DNA of 64,000 nucleotides from Candidatus Saccharimonadota bacterium. GTDB taxonomy: Bacteria; Patescibacteriota; Saccharimonadia; CAILAD01; BJGX01. The notes beneath the pieces were generated by a model. That model made no database searches. It was not told the DNA's origin and was given only the letters and a program-made list of their open reading frames with translations. The position numbers were made by a program, and so were the translations under genes. The stretch lies in contig JAXLZU010000001.1 of assembly GCA_046350735.1 (NCBI GenBank), positions 493,767 to 557,766 on the forward strand, written 5' to 3'. Shown piece by piece: positions 46,153-55,804 of the stretch (its first letter is position 1; each line of letters begins with the position of its first letter).

Positions 46153-47799
46153 TTAAGATCCAAACCCTTCTGGGGCAGGAGGTAATTTAGAAAGTGCTTC
46201 GGCTATCTTGGCATCTGTCCAGCCTTGCGCCTTCATAGATTCTGTCCAAGACATAAATTTCTGGAATGTATTTGGATGATGAACCATTTCGGCAAACTCT
46301 CGAGAGTTCAACCAGTCTGGTGGTTTGGGTGCAGTTGGCGGCGCTTCTGGTGTGGCATGCAAAGCATTACCAATTATCGGTGCGGCGGCCAAACCTGCTC
46401 CTGCTACAGCTGCGCCTCTACTCCATCGACGTTTGCGGCGAGTTTGTCGTTGAGCAGCAGTAGTGTAGTCTTCAATACTATCAATATCCGCCTTATTAAA
46501 TTGCCTATCAGCCAACCATTCGCCGCCTGCCTTGGTAGCAGTGTAACCACCAAAGCCTCTCAGCGCAGCACGCCCTGCAACTGCGGCAGATACTAGCGGA
46601 ACGTTACCCGTAGCTGCCCCTACAAAACCAAGCCCTGTTAGTGCTACACCGGCTGCAATTCGAGTTTTCTTATGATTACGTAGCCATTCACCCACTCTTG
46701 CAAGCCTAGGGTGTCGTCGCTCTCTCTCGGCAATCATCTCAAAATCAACTCTAGCACGTACTTCCATAAGCTTTTCGTTAACCATAGCGTTGAGACCAGC
46801 CCGAATTTGTGCTTCTAGCTGTTCGTTTTGAGAGTTCTGATTTTCTAATCGACGAATCAGATCTCCAACCATTCTTACTTGATCATCAAAATCGGCCGGA
46901 CGAGCGTCGTCTGGTAGGGCCTCTAGATCTCTTAAATTCTGATGAGCATCGTCTAGGTCGGCGCGAATTGCTTGGGTTTGCTCGTAAACTGCTCTATTTT
47001 GCTCTGTAATAAGTCTTGCAAGAGCAGCCGACCACTCACCAAATGCCTCATTAAGCTCTTGGGCTGAATGCTCCATTTCATTAGTAGCCGTCTTGCCAGA
47101 AAACATTCGTTCACTTTCTACTCTTCGGCGAGCAAAGTCTGTAACAATACCTTCTAATCGAGCAGCTTGTTCTCGCAATGCTTCTTGTGCACCCAATATA
47201 GCCTGGGCTTCTAATTCGCCTCTATTAGGTTCTCTTGGTGCTGGTGGCTCAACATCACCGACCTGGTTACCATTATAGAATTCTTCTTCGTGTGCTGGAG
47301 CGGTATCTTGTGTCATACCTGCTTGGCGCATTCTTGCACCAAATTGTTCCCAGGTTCTTTCGGTCTGAGATGGTGCACCTGGGCGATTATAAAATTCATC
47401 TTCGTCAGCAGGGCCGTTATCGTTATTCATGCCCGCCTCACGCATTTTTTTGCCTAATTCAGCATATGGATCGAGCCGGGTATCGGCTCTACCTGCTTGC
47501 TCTTCTCGAAATTTTGCCATACCCTCCGCATATCTGCTTGCACCAGAGCTATAATGTGGTCTCACTTGGTCGTTATTTCTATCAACCTCACCTGGTGTAG
47601 GTGCTTTTGGTTTTTTCGTAATCGAATCTAATCTATCGCGTACCTCGACAAGAGATTTTGTTAGAACTCCATTTTTTCTTTCTAAACTAGCAATCTTTTG
47701 TTGGTCTTTAGCCCTGTCAGCCTCTAGCTTAGCTAATTTTTTCTTTAGATCGGCTGGTGTTTCAAATTCTGTAGTGCCGCCTGGATCTTTTTCTGACAT
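46153..47799 (-). CDS. Hypothetical protein: N-terminal coiled-coil, Gly/Ala-zipper membrane segments near the C-terminus
   Basis: ATG at 47799 with AGAGGG SD; KLAKLEADRAKDQQKIASLERK coiled-coil; IAAGVALTGLGFVGAATG and GAAVAGAGLAAAPIIG hydrophobic Gly-zipper segments. Confidence 0.5.
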   Translation of the reverse strand: MSEKDPGGTTEFETPADLKKKLAKLEADRAKDQQKIASLERKNGVLTKSLVEVRDRLDSITKKPKAPTPGEVDRNNDQVRPHYSSGASRYAEGMAKFREEQAGRADTRLDPYAELGKKMREAGMNNDNGPADEDEFYNRPGAPSQTERTWEQFGARMRQAGMTQDTAPAHEEEFYNGNQVGDVEPPAPREPNRGELEAQAILGAQEALREQAARLEGIVTDFARRRVESERMFSGKTATNEMEHSAQELNEAFGEWSAALARLITEQNRAVYEQTQAIRADLDDAHQNLRDLEALPDDARPADFDDQVRMVGDLIRRLENQNSQNEQLEAQIRAGLNAMVNEKLMEVRARVDFEMIAERERRHPRLARVGEWLRNHKKTRIAAGVALTGLGFVGAATGNVPLVSAAVAGRAALRGFGGYTATKAGGEWLADRQFNKADIDSIEDYTTAAQRQTRRKRRWSRGAAVAGAGLAAAPIIGNALHATPEAPPTAPKPPDWLNSREFAEMVHHPNTFQKFMSWTESMKAQGWTDAKIAEALSKLPPAPEGFGS

Positions 47800-47961
47800 A
47801 CTGTTACCCTCTTACTAATTAAATATACTTATGTTTAATTGTACCAAGTTATTGCAAGACCGGTCAATAAAGCTTAAAGATTTTCCTGTATAACTTAAAC
47901 CCTCTACGCCTCTCCACTAACAGTAATAGTTTTTAAATATAGGGCACGCATCTATGCATTT

Positions 47962-48034
47962 TGTACAAAAAAAGAAGCCCCGCCAAAACGAGTTAACCAC
48001 ATTTTGGTGGAAGCTTCTTGTCTTTGCGGGGCTA
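47962..48034 (-). terminator. Structured terminator (nested hairpins) downstream of the 48048-48482 gene
   Basis: Outer GC stem agccccgc / gcggggct enclosing inner hairpin ccaaaa...ttttgg; T-rich tract (ttcttttttt) on the minus strand. Confidence 0.45.
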
Positions 48035-48047
48035 AAATGATTTGTTA

Positions 48048-48482
48048 TTAGAGGTACAGTGGTTTGCTATTGAGAAAAACGCCCGTTACGCTACCGACAA
48101 ACTCCATATTCTTTAGCTGTGCATTATACTTACTGGCAGGAATAGAACGTGCGCCCAATACTGCCAAACAAATGCTCTCGCACCTCTCACTCATTGGGCA
48201 ATCTACCTCATAACATGACTCAGCAAAACGGGCAGCGCCCATTCGTTCCTCTTCGATACAATCCGGACAATCGTAGTAACCAAGAATGAAAGCATCGAGG
48301 ATACCCGCATTAGCACGGGCTATGCATTCAGCTTCTAGTTCTGTACCGGGTACTACTTCGTACATATGTTCGCCAGAAATACACTGTGCAAGATAGGTTT
48401 CTGGACTCACGCTCTCTTCTCCTTGACTTTGAGTCGGCATCAAAACTAAAAATATAATAGCATAAATACTACTAAATTGCAA
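48048..48482 (-). CDS. Small secreted Cys-rich protein, hypothetical
   Basis: Signal peptide MQFSSIYAIIFLVLMPTQSQG; 9 Cys in about 120 mature residues (CxDC, CxxxC patterns). Confidence 0.45.
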   Translation of the reverse strand: MQFSSIYAIIFLVLMPTQSQGEESVSPETYLAQCISGEHMYEVVPGTELEAECIARANAGILDAFILGYYDCPDCIEEERMGAARFAESCYEVDCPMSERCESICLAVLGARSIPASKYNAQLKNMEFVGSVTGVFLNSKPLYL

Positions 48483-48505
48483 TATTATAGATTGTTACTA
48501 AGTGA

Positions 48506-49198
48506 CTACTGTATTCCCATAAGCTGTGTGTCAAAAACAAGTGGTGTGTTGGGAGCAATAGTTGGCGGATATCCGCGAGCACCATAAGCCAATGCTGCCG
48601 GAATAGTTAATCTTCGTACTGCACCAACCTTCATGTCTTGCAGGCCAATATCCCACCCTTGAATTACTTGCCCGGCACCAAGCTTAAAAGCAAAGGGTTG
48701 TTTTTGACCCTTTAGGCTAGTGTCGAATACTTTGCCATCTGGTAAATAGCCAATATAGTGTACGGCGATGGTATCTCCCACTTTTGTTATACGCGTACCT
48801 GCCCCAAGGTTATACTCGTCTATCTTTAGACCATTAGGGAGTGTTTGACTTCGTATTGGTTGTTGATTTTGTGTGGTATCTTGAGTGTTCGCAGATGACC
48901 CCGATGTGGTTGGTGTAGTAGCAGAACCGGCAGCAGAACTATTACTCGAATTTGTAGACTGACCAGGTATAGGCAACCCTTGTAAACTCAACCCACTATC
49001 ACCACTTTCTGATGTACCCAGACCATTGCCGTTGTCTTTTTTGTTCTCGTCATTATAGATAGTAGTTTGAGGCTGGTCGTGAGTAACACGAATAATTAAC
49101 CAGCCAACAATAATAATTAAAGCAACCACGATAAGCGCGCCTACAATGAGGATTATTTTTGTACGCTTAGACCTCTGGTGTGTATAAAAACTTTGCAT
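48506..49198 (-). CDS. Membrane-anchored FKBP-type peptidyl-prolyl cis-trans isomerase
   Basis: N-terminal TM; Ser/Thr linker; C-terminal FKBP domain (GDTIAVHYIGYLPDGKVFDTS...GWDIGLQDMKVG). Confidence 0.8.
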   Translation of the reverse strand: MQSFYTHQRSKRTKIILIVGALIVVALIIIVGWLIIRVTHDQPQTTIYNDENKKDNGNGLGTSESGDSGLSLQGLPIPGQSTNSSNSSAAGSATTPTTSGSSANTQDTTQNQQPIRSQTLPNGLKIDEYNLGAGTRITKVGDTIAVHYIGYLPDGKVFDTSLKGQKQPFAFKLGAGQVIQGWDIGLQDMKVGAVRRLTIPAALAYGARGYPPTIAPNTPLVFDTQLMGIQ

Positions 49199-49212
49199 AC
49201 CCCCTCTAGTCT

Positions 49213-51801
49213 CTAACGGCGCTTTTTCTTTTTCTTTTTAGACTTACGCATTGGCTTTAAATTGGGTCGAGCATTAGCAACACTACGACGATCTGACCGA
49301 GTTTTGGTTTTTACCTCTTCAGCCTCGCTTGCACCCTCGCTTTTAGCATACTTGGCACCCTCGGTAATTTCGGTTTGCACCATTTCTTGAGGTATCTGGT
49401 CTTGTATTTGTACCTTGAATATCGTTGCCGCTATTTCGGCGTCTATCCCAGCCTGTAATTGCCTAAAAATACGAAATGCCTCTGCCTTATATTCCACTAA
49501 GGGATCTTTTTGGGCATAGCCTCTTAGCCCAATACCTTCACGCAAATGATCCATAGTTTCGAGATGTTGCAACCAAGCTGAATCTATTACCTTTAAACAG
49601 ACCAGGCGTTCGATAAGTCGGGTTGTTTCTTCACCAAACATTTTTTCTCGAGCACCATACTCTTTGTCTGCAATCTTGTACAGGTTTTCCGCTAAATCTT
49701 CTGGTAGCTTTTTGGTGACAGTTTTTGCCCAATTTTTTGGCAACTCTACTATAGTACTCGCATTTTTTTGCACAGTTTCTAGATTGAGCTCACCAGTTTC
49801 TGCATCGGTACTAGAATTAGCTATGGCTAAAAACTGAGCTTTTACCATGCCGAGTACTGTAGAACGTAGGTTTTTATTTACCAACACCTCACGTCTTAGC
49901 TTATATATCACCTCTCGGTGCGAGTTCATAACATCATCGTATTCTACTAAGTGCTTGCGAATATCAAAGTTGTGGCCCTCGACACGTTTTTGTGCGGTTT
50001 CGAGTGCTCGGGTAATTACTTTGTTCTCAATAGGGGTGTCTTCGGGAACATTAAGCGTATTCATAAGACTACCAATACGTTCACCACCAAATACCCGCAT
50101 TAAATCGTCTTCTAAGCTAACATAAAATTGGGTGCTACCAGGGTCACCTTGACGACCCGCCCTACCACGCAATTGGTTATCAATTCGTCTCGACTCGTGT
50201 CGTTCGGTACCAATAACATGTAGCCCACCTAGCTTCTTGACACCCTCGCCAAGCACAATATCGGTACCACGACCGGCAATATTGGTAGCCAATGTAACCG
50301 CACCTTTTTGTCCTGCGCTGGCAATAATCTCTGCTTCTGCCTCATTGTTTTTAGCATTCAAAACTGTATGAGGCACGCCTGCCTTGCGCAACATTTGGCC
50401 CATCAATTCATTCTTTTCGATACTTACAGTACCTATTAAAACCGGTTGGCCGGCCTTGTTGCGTTCTGCAACCTCTTCTGCTACCGCCTGGTATTTTGCA
50501 ATCTCGGTCTTATATATTCTATCGCGCTCATCTTTACGAATCATCGGCTGATGGGTTGGTACCTTAGTAACCTCCAACTTGTAGATTTTGGCAAATTCCT
50601 CGGCTTCGGTTAAGGCAGTACCTGTCATACCAGCAAGTTTTTTGTACAAACGAAACAGATTCTGAAAAGTAATGGTAGCCAAAGTCTGGCTCTCTGCCTG
50701 AATTTGCACATCTTCTTTGGCTTCTATTGCTTGATGTAAACCCTCGCTATAACGACGACCTGGCAATAGACGGCCAGTAAACTCATCGACAATAATAATC
50801 TCACCGTCTGGACTAACCACGTAATCTTTGTCGCGCGTAAAAATTGCTTCTGCTTTTAGTGCCGCCTCTACGTGATGCACATCTTCTATACGGCCTGCCT
50901 CGTAAATATTCTTTACTCCAATAGCTTTTTCTATCTTTTTAATTCCATCCTCAGTAAGACTTACAGCTTTTTGTTTTTCATCTACTGTGTAGTCTTTTTC
51001 GGGTTGTAAGGTTTTAGCAATACGTGCAAAGTTATAATACCGTTCGGCAGGCTTGGCATTGGGTTGAGAGATAATAAGCGGTGTGCGAGCTTCATCGATA
51101 AGGATAGAGTCTACTTCGTCGACAATAGCAAAGTTCAGAGGTCGTTGCACCATCTGTTCGGCCTCTTGCACCATATTATCGCGTAAATAATCAAAGCCAA
51201 ACTCGTTATTAGTGCCGTAGGTAATATCGGCATCATACGCTTCTTTACGTGTAACTGGTTTGAGATGTCGTAAGCGCTCGTCGTGATGAGACTCATTACT
51301 AAATTCGGGGTCGTATATAAATGCCGAGTCGTGCATAATAACTGCAGTTGAAAGCCCTAGAAAATAATATATTTGTGCCATCCAGCCGGCATCTCGACGC
51401 GCCAAATAATCGTTAACAGTTACCAAATGAACACCTTTGCCAGTTAGGGCATTAAGATACACAGGCAAGGTAGCTACGAGAGTTTTGCCTTCGCCTGTTC
51501 GCATCTCAGCTATCTTACCTTCGTGCAATACAATTCCACCAATTAACTGCACATCAAAATGACGCATATTAAGTTTTCGCTTTGATGCCTCTCGTACCAC
51601 CGCGAAGGCTTCTTCTAAAATGTCGTCTAGTTTTGTTTTACCGGCTAGTCGTTTTTTAAACTCACCAGTTTTGGCTGCTAGCTGTTTGTCGGTTAACTTC
51701 TGTAGTTTTGCTTCTAGAGCATTAATCTTCTCTACACGAAGTCGCGCTTTTTTTATTTCACGCTCATTAGGGTCACCAAAAATTTTACTTAGTAACGACA
51801 T
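49213..51801 (-). CDS. secA: Preprotein translocase ATPase SecA
   Basis: DEAD-motor motifs ([31 protein letters not shown]); preprotein cross-linking, helical scaffold and wing domains; Lys-rich C-terminus. Confidence 0.93.
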   Translation of the reverse strand: MSLLSKIFGDPNEREIKKARLRVEKINALEAKLQKLTDKQLAAKTGEFKKRLAGKTKLDDILEEAFAVVREASKRKLNMRHFDVQLIGGIVLHEGKIAEMRTGEGKTLVATLPVYLNALTGKGVHLVTVNDYLARRDAGWMAQIYYFLGLSTAVIMHDSAFIYDPEFSNESHHDERLRHLKPVTRKEAYDADITYGTNNEFGFDYLRDNMVQEAEQMVQRPLNFAIVDEVDSILIDEARTPLIISQPNAKPAERYYNFARIAKTLQPEKDYTVDEKQKAVSLTEDGIKKIEKAIGVKNIYEAGRIEDVHHVEAALKAEAIFTRDKDYVVSPDGEIIIVDEFTGRLLPGRRYSEGLHQAIEAKEDVQIQAESQTLATITFQNLFRLYKKLAGMTGTALTEAEEFAKIYKLEVTKVPTHQPMIRKDERDRIYKTEIAKYQAVAEEVAERNKAGQPVLIGTVSIEKNELMGQMLRKAGVPHTVLNAKNNEAEAEIIASAGQKGAVTLATNIAGRGTDIVLGEGVKKLGGLHVIGTERHESRRIDNQLRGRAGRQGDPGSTQFYVSLEDDLMRVFGGERIGSLMNTLNVPEDTPIENKVITRALETAQKRVEGHNFDIRKHLVEYDDVMNSHREVIYKLRREVLVNKNLRSTVLGMVKAQFLAIANSSTDAETGELNLETVQKNASTIVELPKNWAKTVTKKLPEDLAENLYKIADKEYGAREKMFGEETTRLIERLVCLKVIDSAWLQHLETMDHLREGIGLRGYAQKDPLVEYKAEAFRIFRQLQAGIDAEIAATIFKVQIQDQIPQEMVQTEITEGAKYAKSEGASEAEEVKTKTRSDRRSVANARPNLKPMRKSKKKKKKRR

Positions 51802-51859
51802 TTATACCTTATTTTAACCTGATTATTATAGCAGATATAGTTGCTCTATTCGAGCCAAA

Positions 51860-52219
51860 TTACTTCTTTTGACGTATCAGCCGCCACAGCTCTTTGCTGC
51901 GTATTTTACTAGGAGCATGCTTGTCTTTGTATTTCTTTATCTGTAAACGGAGTTTTTGCTCGACAATATCAACAGCCGAATGTGGGTTGATAGTAGCGGT
52001 TTCGGCAACAATATCAGGACCAGGTACTTCAAGTACGGCCTTTACCTTATAGCGATTATCTTCTCTACCAGAAGGGTCACGAAAAATTTCTACGTTCATG
52101 CCAATTGCTTTATGAGTACGGGGTAAGTATTTGTCTAGATGACCAAGCTTTTTTGTAATGTATTTCTCAAGTTCTGTATCTATGTCGTATTTTCTTCCGG
52201 TTAATTGAATCTTGATCAT
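51860..52219 (-). CDS. hpf: Ribosome hibernation promoting factor (HPF/RaiA, short form)
   Basis: 119 aa; beta-alpha-beta-beta-beta-alpha pattern with conserved basic residues (LEKYITKKLGHLDKY). Confidence 0.8.
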   Translation of the reverse strand: MIKIQLTGRKYDIDTELEKYITKKLGHLDKYLPRTHKAIGMNVEIFRDPSGREDNRYKVKAVLEVPGPDIVAETATINPHSAVDIVEQKLRLQIKKYKDKHAPSKIRSKELWRLIRQKK

Positions 52220-52237
52220 TTTACTCCTTTCAATTAT

Positions 52238-53461
52238 CTATAGTGTACTCGAGCCATAATATTTTTGTAGTGCCCTTGGAATGTTTACCGTGCCATCTTT
52301 TTGTTGGTGATTTTCTAGAACAGCTATAATACTACGGCTAGACGTTACTGCAGTACCATTAAGAGTATGTACAAACTCTAGTTTGCCATCTGAGTTGCGA
52401 TAACGAATATTAAGATTACGTGCCTGATAATCGGTGCAATTACTACAACTCGTTAACTCTCGGTATTCATTTTCGGCTGGAGCAAAGTATTCAATATCGT
52501 ATTTCTCGAATGCAGGGGCACTCATATCGCCAGCAGCAATTCGTACTACACGGTAGGGGATCTCGAGTGCTTGGGTAATTTTTTCTTCAATAGCAAGAAT
52601 CTTTTGAAGCCACTCGGCACTTTCATTAGGGTGGCAAAAAACGTACATTTCGAGTTTTTCGAACTGATGTGTTCTGTATAACCCCTTACTGAATTTACCA
52701 TACGCTCCAGCTTCTAACCGATAACACGTGCTCAATCCTCCATATAGTTTTGGCTTGGCGAGATCTATTACATCATCTTTGTGATAGCCGGTTAGTGGCA
52801 ACTCTGAAGTGGCAATCATTACAAGCCTCTGGGCCTCGTCAATATAGTTTTGGTTTTCTTCACCTCTAGGCATATAACCAGTGCCATCAGCAATTTCATA
52901 GTTGACCATGTGTGGTACCTGCATTACCTCAAAGCCTTCAGCACGAATTATATCTTGGCTGGCAAGTTCGATAGCTTGCCAGAGTCGTACTGCTTTGTCT
53001 TTGAGAAAGTAAAACTTAGCCCCGGCTACTTTAGCTCCGGCCTCAAAATTGTACAAATCATGTATTTCGTTAAGAGCTTCGTGGTCTTTAGCGGTAAAAC
53101 CAAGCTTAGTTTTACCCCATTTTCGCTCCTCTCGATTGTTTTCTTCGCCACCATCTGGAGTATTCTCGGCTAAGAGGTTAGGCACCTGGCTAAGTAACTC
53201 ACTATACTTCTCATCAAGAGAAGCAAATTCTGATTGCAACTTGTCTTGCTCTTTTTTGAGTTTTTGCAGTTTTGCCAACTCGGCAGGTGTAGGCTTACCA
53301 CTAAGCTTTAGCTTAGCCCTACCCTGTTCTAATTGGGTTAATAGCTCTCGACGAGTTTTATCGAGCGAAAGCAAATGAGTAATATCTATATCTAAACCTC
53401 TTCGGGCAATGCTGTCTTGCACAATCTTGGGATTATCACGAATTAGTTGAATATCTATCAT
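52238..53461 (-). CDS. serS: Serine--tRNA ligase
   Basis: N-terminal coiled-coil arm (MIDIQLIRDNP...); class II motifs 1-3 in the catalytic domain. Confidence 0.9.
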   Translation of the reverse strand: MIDIQLIRDNPKIVQDSIARRGLDIDITHLLSLDKTRRELLTQLEQGRAKLKLSGKPTPAELAKLQKLKKEQDKLQSEFASLDEKYSELLSQVPNLLAENTPDGGEENNREERKWGKTKLGFTAKDHEALNEIHDLYNFEAGAKVAGAKFYFLKDKAVRLWQAIELASQDIIRAEGFEVMQVPHMVNYEIADGTGYMPRGEENQNYIDEAQRLVMIATSELPLTGYHKDDVIDLAKPKLYGGLSTCYRLEAGAYGKFSKGLYRTHQFEKLEMYVFCHPNESAEWLQKILAIEEKITQALEIPYRVVRIAAGDMSAPAFEKYDIEYFAPAENEYRELTSCSNCTDYQARNLNIRYRNSDGKLEFVHTLNGTAVTSSRSIIAVLENHQQKDGTVNIPRALQKYYGSSTL

Positions 53462-53476
53462 ACCTTTTATTATACC

Positions 53477-55084
53477 TTATGCTTTTAGTATTTCTTCTAG
53501 TCTAGCAATAACAAACTCTTTACCAAGACTCGATAAAAAGTACCCTGCCCTAGGGCCCGAGTCTTTACCAATAAAAATCTGATAAATAAGAGTAAAAGCT
53601 TCTTTGCCGCCAAGACCAGTTGTCACTGCAACATCATAAATTGTGCCATGAATAATGTCGGCCATAAATTCTTGCGAAGTTAATTTGGCTAAAAGTTGAG
53701 TAATAAACTCTTTCTGTGTTTCATTGAGTCGTAACTCTGGCGCTGATTGAAGCACTTCAAACTTAATATTATCTGGTGCATAGCTATCTAACCATTTTTC
53801 TAGATAGGTTAGTTCTTTTTCGATAGCTGATTTTTGTAATTTTACCGCTTCTGCATGGCCAGATCTATTGAGTAAGGCAAATATTTCTTCTTTCTCGCCT
53901 CGAGCAGTCTGATAACAACTAACTAGATGAGAGAAAGGTACAGTACTAACAACATGGTCTCTTCCTGACAATGAAGAAATTTGCCATGCTTCTTTAAATT
54001 CGGGTGAATTACCAGCAAGCGTCTCTGATTCTGTCTTGGCATATTCGTCTATGAGATTATACAAACCAAGGCCGGTGTCAAAAAATAATTGACGCTCTGG
54101 CCGGCTTTTGAAAGTAAAGTAACGCAAAACCTCTGGAGGAATAACACTGAGGGCATCTTTAATACTAACCAGATTGCCAAGACTAGAACTCATTTTCTTA
54201 GTTTCGCCTTTGAGATTTATTGTTTCGTATGGAACAGGATACGGTGCCTCTCTACCAAATATTTTTCGAGCAATCTCTACCCCGGTGTCATAACTACCGC
54301 CCTTAGTTGCATGCTCTCTACCAAAACCTTCTACCTGATTACCCCAAATGCTCCACCAGGCCGGCCAGTGTACACGCCAGTCGAGCTTAACTTGGCCTTT
54401 ATGTATATCTGCTTGATATTCTGTATTGTCAGCACCCAAATACTTTACCTTACCACTAGATTTATCAAATTCAATAAATTTTGCAGTGCGCAAATTATTA
54501 TTAGAGGCATCGAGTATCTGAACAGGCTGCCAGTCTGTATCTACTGCACGACCACTGACCTCTTCTAATATAGCCGCTATCTCGTCTCGTCTCTCCAAGC
54601 TTATAGAAATATACTTACTAAATGTGCCTTTCTGATATTCTTTGTGTATTCGAACAACTGTCATTTCTACACCAAGCTGCTTAATTGCTTCTTGATATTC
54701 ACCAAAATATTGATCGGCATAACTTTCTGCCTTACCATCTGGGGCTGGTACAAGATAAAGTGGCTTACCAACTTCGTCTTCATACTTCTCAGGAAGGTAG
54801 GGGTATCGCTTGCGAAGTGCATCAAAATCATCAACAAAATGTATATGGTCAACTTTCCGTCCCCGTCTAATTAGGCCTCGTAGCACTGCATCGGCCGTTA
54901 AAACTTCCCTGGTATGACCAATATGATATGGGCCTGAGGGCGAAATACCACTACAAACTCTAAGATTACCACTTGGATGTTTGGCTTCTATTGCATCACA
55001 GACAATATCTACCCAATAACTTGACTGGCTTTGTGTTTCACTATTCATATTAGTATTATACGCACTTTTCATAATTTGCTCCAT
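53477..55084 (-). CDS. lysK: Class I lysine--tRNA ligase (archaeal-type LysRS)
   Basis: HIGH-like SPSGPYHIGHTRE and KMSKS-like KKMSSSLGN; about 535 aa; no class II motifs. Confidence 0.8.
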   Translation of the reverse strand: MEQIMKSAYNTNMNSETQSQSSYWVDIVCDAIEAKHPSGNLRVCSGISPSGPYHIGHTREVLTADAVLRGLIRRGRKVDHIHFVDDFDALRKRYPYLPEKYEDEVGKPLYLVPAPDGKAESYADQYFGEYQEAIKQLGVEMTVVRIHKEYQKGTFSKYISISLERRDEIAAILEEVSGRAVDTDWQPVQILDASNNNLRTAKFIEFDKSSGKVKYLGADNTEYQADIHKGQVKLDWRVHWPAWWSIWGNQVEGFGREHATKGGSYDTGVEIARKIFGREAPYPVPYETINLKGETKKMSSSLGNLVSIKDALSVIPPEVLRYFTFKSRPERQLFFDTGLGLYNLIDEYAKTESETLAGNSPEFKEAWQISSLSGRDHVVSTVPFSHLVSCYQTARGEKEEIFALLNRSGHAEAVKLQKSAIEKELTYLEKWLDSYAPDNIKFEVLQSAPELRLNETQKEFITQLLAKLTSQEFMADIIHGTIYDVAVTTGLGGKEAFTLIYQIFIGKDSGPRAGYFLSSLGKEFVIARLEEILKA

Positions 55085-55141
55085 TAAGACAAAAGCGCCT
55101 CATATTATAGAGGCGCTTTTGTAGACATTATCTAGACTAAC

Positions 55142-55603
55142 TTATTCAACCTTCATAATCTTATATGTCATTGTTCCTGCTGGTACCTCTACATCCGCAA
55201 CCTCGCCTACCTTTTTACCAAGTAGGGCCTTACCAATAGGTGATTCATCTGATATCTTACCTGTTTCTGGGTCGGCTTCAGTACTGCCAACAATATGAAA
55301 CACTTGTTTGCCATCATCAAGACTAACATGCACTTTCGAGCCTACCGATACTACACCGCCTTCACTTTTCGTAATAGTTTTGGCGTGCTTTAAGATATTG
55401 CCAATCTCGGCAATTCGACCCTCGATAAACGCTTGGCGTTCTTTGGCATCATCCCAGCTAGAGTTTTCGGATAAATCACCGAATTCTTTGGCTTCGCGAA
55501 GAGCTTTTGCGACTTCCTTTCGTTTGTTCTTAACCAAATCTTCGAGCTCTGCTTCGAGATCTTTGATTCCCTGGGGTGTCAGATAAAAATCTTGTTGTGA
55601 CAT
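55142..55603 (-). CDS. greA: Transcription elongation factor GreA
   Basis: N-terminal coiled-coil with acidic tip (FGDLSENSSWDDAKE); C-terminal FKBP-like domain. Confidence 0.88.
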   Translation of the reverse strand: MSQQDFYLTPQGIKDLEAELEDLVKNKRKEVAKALREAKEFGDLSENSSWDDAKERQAFIEGRIAEIGNILKHAKTITKSEGGVVSVGSKVHVSLDDGKQVFHIVGSTEADPETGKISDESPIGKALLGKKVGEVADVEVPAGTMTYKIMKVE

Positions 55604-55804
55604 GAAATTCTTACTACTCCTTATACTTCTCGATTACTTAAGTTCTATATGCTCTTCAAGAAAAATGACCCTTGGCCGCACTACATTGGTTTGGCTTTCA
55701 GGTCGCAATAAAACCCGAGAATATTGTTGTTATTATTCTACTGGTGTTTGTTTTTTATTCTCGCAAATCACACCCCTTATGTCAAGCGGGCCAGCACATA
55801 ATTT

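Noticed and set aside
45779-47939. Shared 12-mer aatagtttttaa upstream of both the 429-aa and 548-aa hypothetical genes
   Set aside because: A single 12-bp match in AT-rich intergenic DNA is expected by chance in a 64-kb window; the flanks do not extend the match.
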